A stretch of 31,638 bases of DNA from an uncultured Gemmatimonadales bacterium (GTDB lineage: Bacteria; Gemmatimonadota; Gemmatimonadetes; Gemmatimonadales; GWC2-71-9), in the NCBI GenBank assembly GCA_963842945.1, contig CAWJIM010000010.1:1-31638 (forward strand), read 5' to 3'. Positions 8,879 through 18,287 of the stretch are shown one piece after another. Numbering within the stretch: the first letter of the stretch is position 1; each line of letters opens with the position of its first letter. The position numbers and the translations under genes were made by a program. The notes beneath the pieces are model-generated. The model was not told the DNA's origin and searched no databases. It was given only the letters and a program-made list of their open reading frames with translations.

Positions 8879-9912
8879 AAGTTCCCGCCCTGAATCTGAT
8901 GTCCTGGCTCCCCGCGAATGAAATCGCGGTGGATCTGGGCACGGCTAACACCCTCGTCTACGTCAAAGGCGAGGGTATCGTGCTCAACGAGCCTTCGGTT
9001 GTCGCCATCGAGAAAAGCACCGGCAGAATCAAGGGCATTGGCCTCGAAGCCAAGCGGATGTTGGGCCGTACGCCTGAGGGCATCCTGGCCGTCCGCCCGC
9101 TGAAGGACGGCGTCATCGCCGACTTCGACGTAACCGAGAAAATGCTCCGATATTTCCTCAAGACCATCATCGATAAGCACGTCTTCAGGGTCAAACCGAA
9201 GGTGATCGTCTGCGTGCCGTCAGGTATCACCGAGGTGGAGCGCCGCGCGGTCCGGGATTCCGCCGAGACCGCGGGGGCCAAACAAGTCCTGATGGTGGCG
9301 GAGCCGATGGCCGCGGCCATCGGCGTGGGGCTTCCGGTGGAGACTCCGACCGGCAACATGGTCATTGACATCGGTGGCGGCACCACGGAAATCGCGGTCA
9401 TCGCGTTGTCCGGGATCGTGTCGGACACCTCCATCCGCACCGGGGGCGATGAGCTGGATCAAGCCATCGTCCAGTTCATGCGGAAGAATTACAACCTGCT
9501 GGTCGGAGAGCCCACTGCAGAGGCTATTAAGATCAAGATTGGCTCCGCCGCGCCAACCGGCGATGAGCGGGAGATGGAGGTCAAGGGGCGGGACCTGGTC
9601 TCGGGCATTCCGAAAACCGTGCGAGTGCACTCCACCGAAATTCGGGAGGCCGTCCAGGAGCCAATCCAGCAGATTGTCGATGCGGTCCGCCGGGCCCTCG
9701 AGATCACGCCGCCCGAGCTGGCCAGCGACATCGTGGACCGCGGCATTGTCATGACCGGCGGCGGTGCGCTCATTCGCGGTCTGGATCTTCTGCTGGCGCA
9801 GGAGACCGGCCTGCCAATCCACGTCGATGAGGATCCTCTCACCTGCGTGGTGCGCGGTACGGGGCGGATTCTCGACGACTACGAGAAGTACCGCAGCGTC
9901 CTGTCCTCCTGA
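8875..9912 (+). CDS. mreB: Rod shape-determining protein MreB
   Basis: IAVDLGTANT, EPMAAAIG, DIGGGTTE, TGGGAL. Start ATG 8875 (alternatives GTG 8857, ATG 8899). Confidence 0.98.
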   Translation: MKVPALNLMSWLPANEIAVDLGTANTLVYVKGEGIVLNEPSVVAIEKSTGRIKGIGLEAKRMLGRTPEGILAVRPLKDGVIADFDVTEKMLRYFLKTIIDKHVFRVKPKVIVCVPSGITEVERRAVRDSAETAGAKQVLMVAEPMAAAIGVGLPVETPTGNMVIDIGGGTTEIAVIALSGIVSDTSIRTGGDELDQAIVQFMRKNYNLLVGEPTAEAIKIKIGSAAPTGDEREMEVKGRDLVSGIPKTVRVHSTEIREAVQEPIQQIVDAVRRALEITPPELASDIVDRGIVMTGGGALIRGLDLLLAQETGLPIHVDEDPLTCVVRGTGRILDDYEKYRSVLSS

Positions 9913-9914
9913 GC

Positions 9915-10994
9915 ATGTCCAGCATTTCGGATCGTCGCTACACCCGCCGGGACACCGTGGTGTTCATTCTCTGTCTCGGTCTTTCCATTGTATGCCTCTT
10001 CTCGCCGCCCGAGTGGAGCTACAACATCGCCGACACCCTGAGGCGGACGGTTCTGTGGCCACTGGTCTGGCTGCAGACCCGGGCCGAGGAAGGGCGGACC
10101 AGCCGGGTCCGCTTCCGGGCCCTTACTGCTCAGCGTGATTCCGCAGCCTACATGGCGCAATTTCTTCCCTCCCTTCGGGCGGAAAACGAACGCCTTCGCC
10201 AGCTCCTCAAGCTGAGCCATCGGCTCACGGCCAGCTACGTGCCGGCCGAGGTGCTGCACCAGCCTCACGCCACCGACGGCCGCACCCTGCTGTTGAGCGC
10301 GGGCTCACGCCAAGGCGTCGCTCCGTTCAATCCCGTCGTGGCGCCCGAGGGACTGATCGGGATGGTTTTCAGTGTCACTCCGGGGAGCAGTGTCGCCATG
10401 ACCTGGGCGCATCCGGAGTTTAGGGTAAGCGCCTTCACGGTCAGCGGAAACGCGCTCGGTGTGGTAGCGCCGTCAGTAGACGACCGAAACGGCGAGGGAT
10501 CGCTCGAGCTCCGCGGGGTTCCCTATCGGGATTCGGTTCCTCTCGGCACGCTGGTCCTCTCGTCCGGACTGGGTGGGGTTTTTCCGAAGGGAATTCCCGT
10601 CGGGACGGTGAACGGCACCTTGCGAGAGGAGGCCGGCTGGGAGCGGGTCTACCGGCTGAGGCCTGCCGCCAATCCGGGCTCGGCGGCACACGTGCTGATC
10701 CTGGTCGGGACTCGTACTACTGACCTCGCGAATGCCTTCCCGACGGATTCTCAGCTGGAAACCATGCGCCTGGATTCGATCGCCCGGTTGCAGCGGGCCG
10801 ACTCGATTGCCCGGGCGGCAAAAGCGGCTCGGGCAGCTCGGCGGGATTCGCTGCAGAAGAGCTCTCCCATGTTGGGTGGAGCTCCCACTGCCAACATCTT
10901 GAGCGGCAGAGACTCCACGCCGCAGAAGAGCTCGCCCATATTGGGCGGAACTCCCACCGCCAACATCTTGAGCGGCAGAGACTCCACGCGATGA
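9915..10994 (+). CDS. mreC: Rod shape-determining protein MreC with extended repetitive C-terminal tail
   Basis: N-terminal TM, coiled coil LRAENERLRQLL, SSGLGGVFPKGIPVGTV; lies between mreB and mreD. Confidence 0.93.
   Translation: MSSISDRRYTRRDTVVFILCLGLSIVCLFSPPEWSYNIADTLRRTVLWPLVWLQTRAEEGRTSRVRFRALTAQRDSAAYMAQFLPSLRAENERLRQLLKLSHRLTASYVPAEVLHQPHATDGRTLLLSAGSRQGVAPFNPVVAPEGLIGMVFSVTPGSSVAMTWAHPEFRVSAFTVSGNALGVVAPSVDDRNGEGSLELRGVPYRDSVPLGTLVLSSGLGGVFPKGIPVGTVNGTLREEAGWERVYRLRPAANPGSAAHVLILVGTRTTDLANAFPTDSQLETMRLDSIARLQRADSIARAAKAARAARRDSLQKSSPMLGGAPTANILSGRDSTPQKSSPILGGTPTANILSGRDSTR
10853..10989 (+). repeat. 69-bp in-frame tandem duplication at the mreC 3' end
   Basis: Copies start at 10853 and 10922 and encode QKSSPMLGGAPTANILSGRDST / QKSSPILGGTPTANILSGRDST; 5 nucleotide differences. 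Confidence 0.95.
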
Positions 10995-11488
10995 GTCCAC
11001 CACGGGTTACCCGGGCCCAGCTGTTGCTGGTGATGCTGGTGCTCCTGGTTCTTCAGTTCTATCTGCGGCCCCGCCTGGGCAGCGCACGGGTAAGTCCCGA
11101 TTTCCTGCTGATCGCGCTGATGCTGTTCGCCATGCAGAGCGGGGCAGGAGCCGGAGCGCTGGCCGGGTTCCTGATTGGCATGATCGAGGATACCCTGACG
11201 CCCGCTCGTTTCGGTGCGGGAGCCCTGGCCCACACGCTGGTGGGTTACTTCGCCGCCTGGGGTCGAGCCGTATTCTTTGCCGACAACATACTGGTCAACG
11301 CGGCGTTCGTCGCGGTTGGTCTCTGGTTTCGCGACCTCATCGTGCTGGTGATGAGCGGAAGCGAGCGTGGTCAGCTCCTGGTCGAGCTTACCGTCTATAG
11401 CCCGCTCCAGGCGCTTACTACGGCGGGATTTGCCTTGCTGCTCCTGATCACTTTCCGGGCCTGGTTCTCCATCCGGCTGGACGCGTGA
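10991..11488 (+). CDS. mreD: Rod shape-determining protein MreD
   Basis: Hydrophobic 165 aa, PDFLLI and GF.IG..ED motifs, operon position, ATGA overlap with mreC. Confidence 0.9.
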   Translation: MSPPRVTRAQLLLVMLVLLVLQFYLRPRLGSARVSPDFLLIALMLFAMQSGAGAGALAGFLIGMIEDTLTPARFGAGALAHTLVGYFAAWGRAVFFADNILVNAAFVAVGLWFRDLIVLVMSGSERGQLLVELTVYSPLQALTTAGFALLLLITFRAWFSIRLDA

Positions 11489-13374
11489 ACGGCTTCGATT
11501 CGTACCGGGTCCGGGAGCGCGCCGAGCTCGCCCGTCTGTGTCTGATCGGCGCGTTCCTGGTGCTGTCCGGGGCCTTCTTCCGTACCCAGGTCATTCAGCA
11601 CGACAAGTTCCAGCTGAAGGCTGAGACAAACCGGCTTCGCCCGATTCCACTCACACCACCCCGGGGAACCATCCTTGACCGGAATGGGCTGGTTATCGCC
11701 GAAAACGTCCCCGGGTATTCGGTAAAGCTGCTCGCTCCTTCAACCGACTCGCTCAGGGCCGTGCTGGAGCGGGTCCGGCGCTACGTGCCGCTGGACAGCG
11801 CCCGGATCGGCGACATCCTCGACCGTTACAAGCAGGCGCGGTATCAACCCGCCCTGGTGTTCGGTGATGCGTCGTTCGATGTCATCGCCAAGCTGGAGGA
11901 GCACCGCTCGGCCTTGCCGGGTCTGGTGATCCAAGCCGAGCCCAAGCGGCTGTATCCCGCCGGAAAATCGGTGGCGCACCTGGTCGGGTACGTGTCCGAG
12001 GTGACGGAAGCCGATCTGACGGCGGACCGTTACCCCGGGGCTGTATTGGGCTCGATTGTCGGGAAGGCGGGACTGGAGCGACAGTACGATGACACGCTGC
12101 GTGGTAACGACGGCGTACGCTACATCGAAGTGAACGCCCGGGGACGTCTGGTACGAGAAGGGGCCGCATCCGCCACGCTTCAGCCCACTCCCGGAAAGCC
12201 AATCGTCACCACGCTGGATCTGGATCTGCAGCGTTACATCGACAGCATCTGGCCCCCCGGAGTGCGAGGGGCCATGGTGGCCATGACGCCAAATGGCGAA
12301 ATCCGGGCCCTGTATTCGGCTCCCAACTTCGATCCCAATCACTTCGTGGGAGGCATCTCTTCCGCCGAGTGGCGCAAGCTCAACAACGATCCAGCCAAGC
12401 CCCTGCTCAATCGGGTCATTCAGGCCCGGTACCCCCCCGCTTCACCATTCAAGCTGGCCATCGCGGCCATGGCATTGAAGCGGGGGCTGATCAGGCTCAA
12501 CACCAGGATGCCCGAGCCCTGCCGCGGCGGAATGAGACTGGGCAACCGGGTGTTCCGCTGCTGGAAGAGGGAAGGGCACGGCTCGCTCGACCTCACTGGT
12601 GCGGTAGCGGCCAGCTGCGACGTGTACTTCTACCAGCTCGGACTCAGGCTCGGACTCGATGCCATCATCCAGGATGGCGTGCTGATGGGCTTCCGCGATC
12701 GCAGCGGCGTCGATCTGGAGAACGAGCTCAACCCGATTTACCCGTCGTCCACCGCCTACTTCGACAAACTGTACGGACCACGCTATTGGAGCCCGCCTGG
12801 AACCACCCTCAATTTCTCCATTGGTCAGGGGGAGAACACGCAGACCCTGATCAATATGATGCGGTTCTACCAGGGTCTGGCTGGAAACGGTGACGCGGTC
12901 ACTCCCTTCATCGTGAAGCCGACCTCGAACCGCAAGCGGTCACTGGGTCTTACCCAGCAGGAGCTGGATGGACTCCGCCGGGCGCTGATTGCTGTGGTTG
13001 AGCGGGGTACGGCGTCGGCGAACCGCCGCTCGGACCTTGCCGTGGCCGGTAAGACCGGCACAGCGCAGAACCCACACGGCGACGACCACGGCTGGTTCAT
13101 CGGTTTTGCTCCAGCCGAAAAGCCGGAGCTCATCGTGGGCGGGATCATGGAGTTCGCCAAGCACGGTACCACCGTGGCTCCGTACGTGGTGCAGACTCTG
13201 CGGCGTTACATCCTCGGTCCCGAGGCGGCAGTCCCAGTGAAGCTGGGTGCGCTGCAGGACGAATCGGTGACCTCAGTTGACAACGCTGCCCGGCCTATTG
13301 AGCTCAACCCCGATTCCGCTGCGGCTCAGGCCGCTGCACCCGATTCAGTAGTCCCTCCGGCCACCGAGCCATGA
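11485..13374 (+). CDS. mrdA: Penicillin-binding protein 2
   Basis: PPRGTILDRNG, GKAGLE, SxxK (ASPFK), SCDVYFY, KTGTAQ. Confidence 0.96.
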   Translation: MNGFDSYRVRERAELARLCLIGAFLVLSGAFFRTQVIQHDKFQLKAETNRLRPIPLTPPRGTILDRNGLVIAENVPGYSVKLLAPSTDSLRAVLERVRRYVPLDSARIGDILDRYKQARYQPALVFGDASFDVIAKLEEHRSALPGLVIQAEPKRLYPAGKSVAHLVGYVSEVTEADLTADRYPGAVLGSIVGKAGLERQYDDTLRGNDGVRYIEVNARGRLVREGAASATLQPTPGKPIVTTLDLDLQRYIDSIWPPGVRGAMVAMTPNGEIRALYSAPNFDPNHFVGGISSAEWRKLNNDPAKPLLNRVIQARYPPASPFKLAIAAMALKRGLIRLNTRMPEPCRGGMRLGNRVFRCWKREGHGSLDLTGAVAASCDVYFYQLGLRLGLDAIIQDGVLMGFRDRSGVDLENELNPIYPSSTAYFDKLYGPRYWSPPGTTLNFSIGQGENTQTLINMMRFYQGLAGNGDAVTPFIVKPTSNRKRSLGLTQQELDGLRRALIAVVERGTASANRRSDLAVAGKTGTAQNPHGDDHGWFIGFAPAEKPELIVGGIMEFAKHGTTVAPYVVQTLRRYILGPEAAVPVKLGALQDESVTSVDNAARPIELNPDSAAAQAAAPDSVVPPATEP

Positions 13375-14612
13375 GAGCTCCCACCGTGGACCGCCAGCTG
13401 GTCACGGTCAGCCTGGCGCTGGTGTTGTTCGGCCTCGCCATCCTGTACTCGGCCGGCCAGACTGACGTCCCCACCCGAGCTGCCGGCGTGTGGCACCGCC
13501 AGTTGGTTTGGTTCGGAGTTGGAATCGTCGCGGCCTGGATCATCTTCCACGTCTCGCTTCGGGTCCTCGAGTGGATCTCACCGGCGCTGTACGCCTTCAG
13601 CATCCTTCTGCTCGCGGTGGTGCTGGTGGTGGGAACTGGTGCCGGAACGGCCGAAGGGAGTCACAGCTGGCTCTCGATCGGCGGTCACCAGATTGGTCAG
13701 CCTTCCGAGCTGGCCAAGGTGGCGACAGTGCTGATGATGGCGCGGTACCTGTCCAGCCGGAAAGAGCCTCCCCGCTCGCTGCGCGATCTGATCGCACCGG
13801 TGCTGATCGTAGGCGTGCCCTGCCTCATGGTGCTCAAGCAGCCCGACCTCGGCAGCGCCTTCGTCTTCGTGGGGGTTTTCTTTGCCATGTTGTTCTGGGC
13901 CGGCGTGCGTCCCCGCATGTTGTTCCTCCTGGCGACACCGGTGATCAGTCTCTTCCTGGCGTTCAATACCCTGGCCTGGAGCGTCTGGATCGTTGTGTTC
14001 GTGCTGATCCTGATTGCCTGGCGTCCCTATGTGTGGGACTGGGTGGTCTTTCTCACCGCGAATCTGGCCATGGGGGCGATCGCGATGCCGCTGTGGAACC
14101 GGCTCGCGCCGTACCAGCAGAACCGACTGCTGACCTTCCTGAATCCAGAAGCGGATCCCCGGGCAGCGGGGTACCACGCAATTCAGTCGAGGGTCGCCAT
14201 CGGCTCGGGCGGCTGGTTCGGGTCCGGCTACACCCAAGGCCCCCAGAAGCGATTGGCCTTTCTTCCGGAGCAGCACACCGACTTCGTGTTCTCGGTCGTC
14301 GGCGAGGAGCTCGGCTTCGTGGGTGTGCTGGTGGCACTATCCCTGTTTCTGGCGTTGTTTCTGGTGCTGGTGCGGATCGCCCGCCGGGCCACGGACTCGT
14401 TCAGCAGTCTGACGGTGTTCGGGATCGTGGGACTGTTTTTCACCCACGTATTCGAGAACGTTGGGATGACGGTAAACCTGATGCCGATCACCGGTATCCC
14501 TCTGCCGCTGTTCTCCTACGGTGGATCCTTCTTCATCATTTGTTCTCTCTGCCTGGGGCTCGCTCTCCGGGTGGCGAGGGACTCGAGATTGTCGGGCTAT
14601 ACTGATGCCTGA
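13371..14612 (+). CDS. rodA: Peptidoglycan glycosyltransferase RodA (SEDS)
   Basis: QPSELAK, KQPDLGSA, AIGSGG, PEQHTDFVF, PITGIPLPLFSYGGS. Confidence 0.96.
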   Translation: MRAPTVDRQLVTVSLALVLFGLAILYSAGQTDVPTRAAGVWHRQLVWFGVGIVAAWIIFHVSLRVLEWISPALYAFSILLLAVVLVVGTGAGTAEGSHSWLSIGGHQIGQPSELAKVATVLMMARYLSSRKEPPRSLRDLIAPVLIVGVPCLMVLKQPDLGSAFVFVGVFFAMLFWAGVRPRMLFLLATPVISLFLAFNTLAWSVWIVVFVLILIAWRPYVWDWVVFLTANLAMGAIAMPLWNRLAPYQQNRLLTFLNPEADPRAAGYHAIQSRVAIGSGGWFGSGYTQGPQKRLAFLPEQHTDFVFSVVGEELGFVGVLVALSLFLALFLVLVRIARRATDSFSSLTVFGIVGLFFTHVFENVGMTVNLMPITGIPLPLFSYGGSFFIICSLCLGLALRVARDSRLSGYTDA

Positions 14613-14722
14613 CAGGCCTTTACAGGGCAAGGCCTAGCGCAGACGTCGAGGTCGGTTGAAATTGCAGGGGCTTTTTCGGCGGTTGCGCCCTTACCCTCTC
14701 TACCTGCTTCTCTATGGCCGTG

Positions 14723-15589
14723 ATGGCATGGTTTAAGAAGGAACGCAAGCCACGGACGTCGCAGCGTGAACGGCTGGAGATCCCGGCCGACGCCTGGGAG
14801 AAGTGCGACAGCTGCGGGCACATCGACATCCGGGAAAAGTTTGAAAAGGCGCTCAACGTCTGTCCCGAGTGTGGCAAGCACCGCCGGATCAGCGCCGAAG
14901 ATTACGTCGAGCTCCTCACCGATCCGGGAACCTGGCGCGAGCTGTATGCCGGGCTTCGCTCGGCCGACCCTCTCGAGTTCGAGAACTATCCCGACCGTCT
15001 CAAGGCCGCCCGGGAGAAGGGCGGGGAGGGCGATGCGGTTTACACCGGCACTGCCAAGCTCGATGGGCTTCCGTTCAATCTGGGGGTGATGAACTTCAGG
15101 TTCATGGGCGGGTCCATGGGCTCGGTCGTCGGGGAGAAGATCGCCCGGCTGGCTCGCCGCTCCCTGGAGAAGAAGATCCCTCTGGTGATCGTCTCCACTT
15201 CCGGCGGGGCCCGGATGCAGGAGGGCGTGCTCTCCCTGATGCAGATGGCCAAGACCTCCGCGGCCATCGCGCAACTGCACCGCGAGTGCATTCCCTACAT
15301 CTCCATCCTGACCGACCCCACCACGGGCGGTGTCTCCGCGTCCTTCGGCATGCAGGGCGACGTGGTCCTAGCCGAGCCCGGCGCGGTGATCGGCTTCGCC
15401 GGGCAGCGGGTGATCAAGCAGACCATCGGGCAGGATCTTCCCGAGGGCTTTCAGACTGCCGAGTTCCTGCTGGAGCACGGCCAGATCGACGATGTGGTCC
15501 CTCGGGCTTCGCTGCGGGACACCACCGCGCGGCTGCTCCGGCACATGCAGGGTCAACGTCCCCATGTCGAGCTCGCCGAAGTAAGCTGA
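14723..15589 (+). CDS. accD: Acetyl-CoA carboxylase carboxyltransferase beta subunit
   Basis: C4 zinc finger (CDSC...CPEC), GGSMGSVVGEKI, SGGARMQEG, PTTGGVSASF. Start ATG 14723 or 14714. Confidence 0.97.
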   Translation: MAWFKKERKPRTSQRERLEIPADAWEKCDSCGHIDIREKFEKALNVCPECGKHRRISAEDYVELLTDPGTWRELYAGLRSADPLEFENYPDRLKAAREKGGEGDAVYTGTAKLDGLPFNLGVMNFRFMGGSMGSVVGEKIARLARRSLEKKIPLVIVSTSGGARMQEGVLSLMQMAKTSAAIAQLHRECIPYISILTDPTTGGVSASFGMQGDVVLAEPGAVIGFAGQRVIKQTIGQDLPEGFQTAEFLLEHGQIDDVVPRASLRDTTARLLRHMQGQRPHVELAEVS

Positions 15590-15610
15590 GGCTCGGTCTC
15601 TTCCTCGTAC

Positions 15611-15649
15611 CGCCCCACCCTGGCTGCTGACGGTGGGGCGCATTCGTTT
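15611..15649 (+). terminator. Hairpin after accD, possible weak terminator
   Basis: CGCCCCACC (15611-15619) / GGTGGGGCG (15632-15640), 12-nt loop, then CATTCGTTT. Confidence 0.4.
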
Positions 15650-15691
15650 CCGCCCGGTCTTCCTCATGGCAAGATGGTCTCCCGAGTTCCG

Positions 15692-16940
15692 ATGCCGCTG
15701 AGCTACCAGGAGGCGCTCGATTTTCTCTTTCCCCGGACCACCACGATCAAGTTCGGGCTTGGCTACCACCCGCGCGCTACTCAAATCACTGGGAAATCCT
15801 CACGAGGTCATGCCCTCGGTGCATATCGGCGGCACCAACGGGAAGGGCAGCGTGTGCACTCTGGTTGCCGCGGCATTGCGCGAAGCCGGCTGGCGGGTGG
15901 GCCTGTATACCTCACCCCATCTGATCTCTTTCCAGGAGCGGATTCAGGTCGATGGTATTCCCATCTCGGAAGAAGCGGTGGCCATGTGGACCGGTCGGCT
16001 CCTGTCGCCCATTCTGGAACGGAAGGCGACCTTCTTCGAGGCCACGACGGCTCTCGCCTTTGCTGACTTTGCGGCCCGGGGAGTCGAGATCGCGGTGGTC
16101 GAGGTCGGGCTCGGCGGAAGACTCGACAGCACCAACGTGGTCCGACCTCTGGTGAGCGGAGTGACCAAGATCGCTCGCGACCACATGAAGTACCTGGGCG
16201 ACAGTCTCGAGCTCATCGCCTGCGAGAAGGCCGGGATTGCCAAGCCCGGCGTGCCCTTCGTCATCGGCGAAACCGATCCGGCTCTGGTTCAGGTGCTGCG
16301 GCGTGAGGCTATCCGGGCCTGTGCCCGGGCACGCGGTGAAGACAATAAAGGCCGTGCCGACGTCCGCGTGCTCCCTGCGGACTACGAATGGCGTGGCCCG
16401 CTCAGCCTGGCGGGACCTCATCAGCGGCGGAATGCCGCGGTAGCGCACGGGATACTGTCGGCACTACCGGCGCCCTACCGCCCGACGCAGGAGCAGCTGG
16501 AGCGGGCCTTTGGTTCGACCCGGGTCGCGGGCCGGCTCGACCGCCGCGGGCGCTGGCTCTTCGACGTGGCGCATAATCCGGACGGCATGCGGTCGCTCGT
16601 GGCGGCACTTCGGGCCATCCGTCCCGCCCGCCCGGTGCACGCGCTGGTTTCGATTCTGGGCGACAAGGAGTGGCCGGAGATGCTGGTGCAGCTGGACCAG
16701 GCCATCGATCGAGGGTTTCTCACGATCGCGCCGACGGCGGCGGCACGCGGCTGGAACATCGAGTGGCTGCGTCGCTGGCTGCGCGACCCGGCGCGGCCGC
16801 CGGCTCACGCCGAATGGACCCTGGTGCCCGATTTCCGTGAAGCGATCGCGCGGGTGCAGGACGGTGCTGGAACCGCGTTGGTGACCGGCTCCTTCCATAC
16901 CGTTGGCGACGTCATGCAGGCCCTGAATATGGAAGCCTGA
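15692..16940 (+). CDS. folC: Folylpolyglutamate synthase/dihydrofolate synthase, with +1 frameshift near 15755
   Basis: MPLSYQEALDFLFPRTTTIKFG in one frame continues as LATTRALL...HIGGTNGKGS, YTSPHL, EVGLGGRLDSTN, DVAHNP in the next. One extra base in TTCGGGCTTG. Confidence 0.93.
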
Positions 16941-16970
16941 AAATTCCTTCCCGCTCACGCTTCTCCCATT

Positions 16971-16976
16971 TATACT
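16971..16976 (+). promoter_or_regulatory. -10 element for probable leaderless hisS transcript
   Basis: TATACT followed by CCCCCC and ATG 16983; no SD sequence. Confidence 0.55.
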
Positions 16977-16982
16977 CCCCCC

Positions 16983-18287
16983 ATGAAAACCAAGGCCCTG
17001 CCGGGCTTTCGTGATTTTTACCCCTCCGATCTCGCGCTGCGGTCCCACATCTTCAATACCTGGCGAACGGTGGCCACCCGCTACGGGTTTGAGGAGTACG
17101 ACGGTCCGCCGCTGGAGCCGCTGGATCTCTACACCACCAAAAGTGGCGAGGAGATCGTGGGGCAGCTGTACAACTTCACCGACAAGGGCGACCGCGCGGT
17201 TGCCCTGCGGCCGGAGATGACTCCCACCCTGGCGCGCATGGTGGCGGCCCGCGCCGGCGAGCTGCGAAAGCCGATCCGGTGGTTCTCCATTCCCCAGCTG
17301 TTCCGCTATGAGCGGCAGCAACGGGGGCGGCTTCGAGAGCACTTCCAGCTCAACTGCGATCTGATCGGAGAGTCAGGGCCGCTGGCCGATGCGGAGATCA
17401 TCGCCCTGGCCATCGACTGCATGCGTGCGTTCGGGTTGGGGGCGGGCGATGTACGGGTGCGTTTGTCCGACCGTAGGGTGCTTACTGCGATTCTCCGGCA
17501 CCGGCAGTTCCGGCCCGACAGTTTCGCTCACGCTTTTGATTTCATCGACAAGCATGAGCGTCTAAGGGCCGAACAGATTGAGTCGTTTCGAGTCGATAAG
17601 GTTGAAGTCTTTCAACCAGCCACCATAGATGACCTCATCGATATCACCCGGATTCGTGGCTGGGAGCAGCTCGACAAGGAGCTGGAACGATCGCCTGACT
17701 CGGTCAAAGCCGGCGAACCTCTGCGGCAGGTGCACCAGGCGCTCACCGATATGGGGCTCGGCGATTTTGTCGAGGTCGACCTCACCATCGTCCGCGGGCT
17801 CGCCTACTATACCGGAGTAGTCTTCGAGCTGTTCGATGCCGGACGAACGCTGCGGGCCATCTGTGGCGGCGGCCGATACGATAACCTGCTGAAGGAGCTC
17901 GGTGGCGTCGATCTCCCGGCCCTGGGCTTCGGGATGGGCGATGTGGTACTGGGCGAGCTGCTGAAGGAGCGGGGGCTCGCTCCGGCCGATGATGTTGGGA
18001 GCGATGTATTCGTCGGGTTCATCAGTAAAGAGGATTTGTCGCACGTGCTTGCCCTGGCTCATCAACTCCGAGACCGCGGCCTACGGGTCGAGTACGCGCT
18101 CGGCCCGCAGGCATTGGGTAAACAGCTGAAGCTGGCGGATGCCCGGCATGCCGCGCTTGCGGTAGTCGTAGGGCCGGATGAACGGGCCCGGGGCGAGGTA
18201 GTCCTTAGAGATCTGAGGAATGGAACCCAGGAAACGGTAAGCCAGGCTACGCTGGTTGACGTGATCGAGAGGCGGCTGCATGGCTGA
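16983..18287 (+). CDS. hisS: Histidine--tRNA ligase
   Basis: [38 protein letters not shown]-terminal anticodon-binding domain. Confidence 0.98.
   Translation: MKTKALPGFRDFYPSDLALRSHIFNTWRTVATRYGFEEYDGPPLEPLDLYTTKSGEEIVGQLYNFTDKGDRAVALRPEMTPTLARMVAARAGELRKPIRWFSIPQLFRYERQQRGRLREHFQLNCDLIGESGPLADAEIIALAIDCMRAFGLGAGDVRVRLSDRRVLTAILRHRQFRPDSFAHAFDFIDKHERLRAEQIESFRVDKVEVFQPATIDDLIDITRIRGWEQLDKELERSPDSVKAGEPLRQVHQALTDMGLGDFVEVDLTIVRGLAYYTGVVFELFDAGRTLRAICGGGRYDNLLKELGGVDLPALGFGMGDVVLGELLKERGLAPADDVGSDVFVGFISKEDLSHVLALAHQLRDRGLRVEYALGPQALGKQLKLADARHAALAVVVGPDERARGEVVLRDLRNGTQETVSQATLVDVIERRLHG

Noticed and set aside
10853..10989. mreC repeat as CRISPR or DGR template/variable pair
   Set aside because: Two contiguous in-frame copies with no spacer; the differences are not adenine-specific and no reverse transcriptase or cas gene is present.
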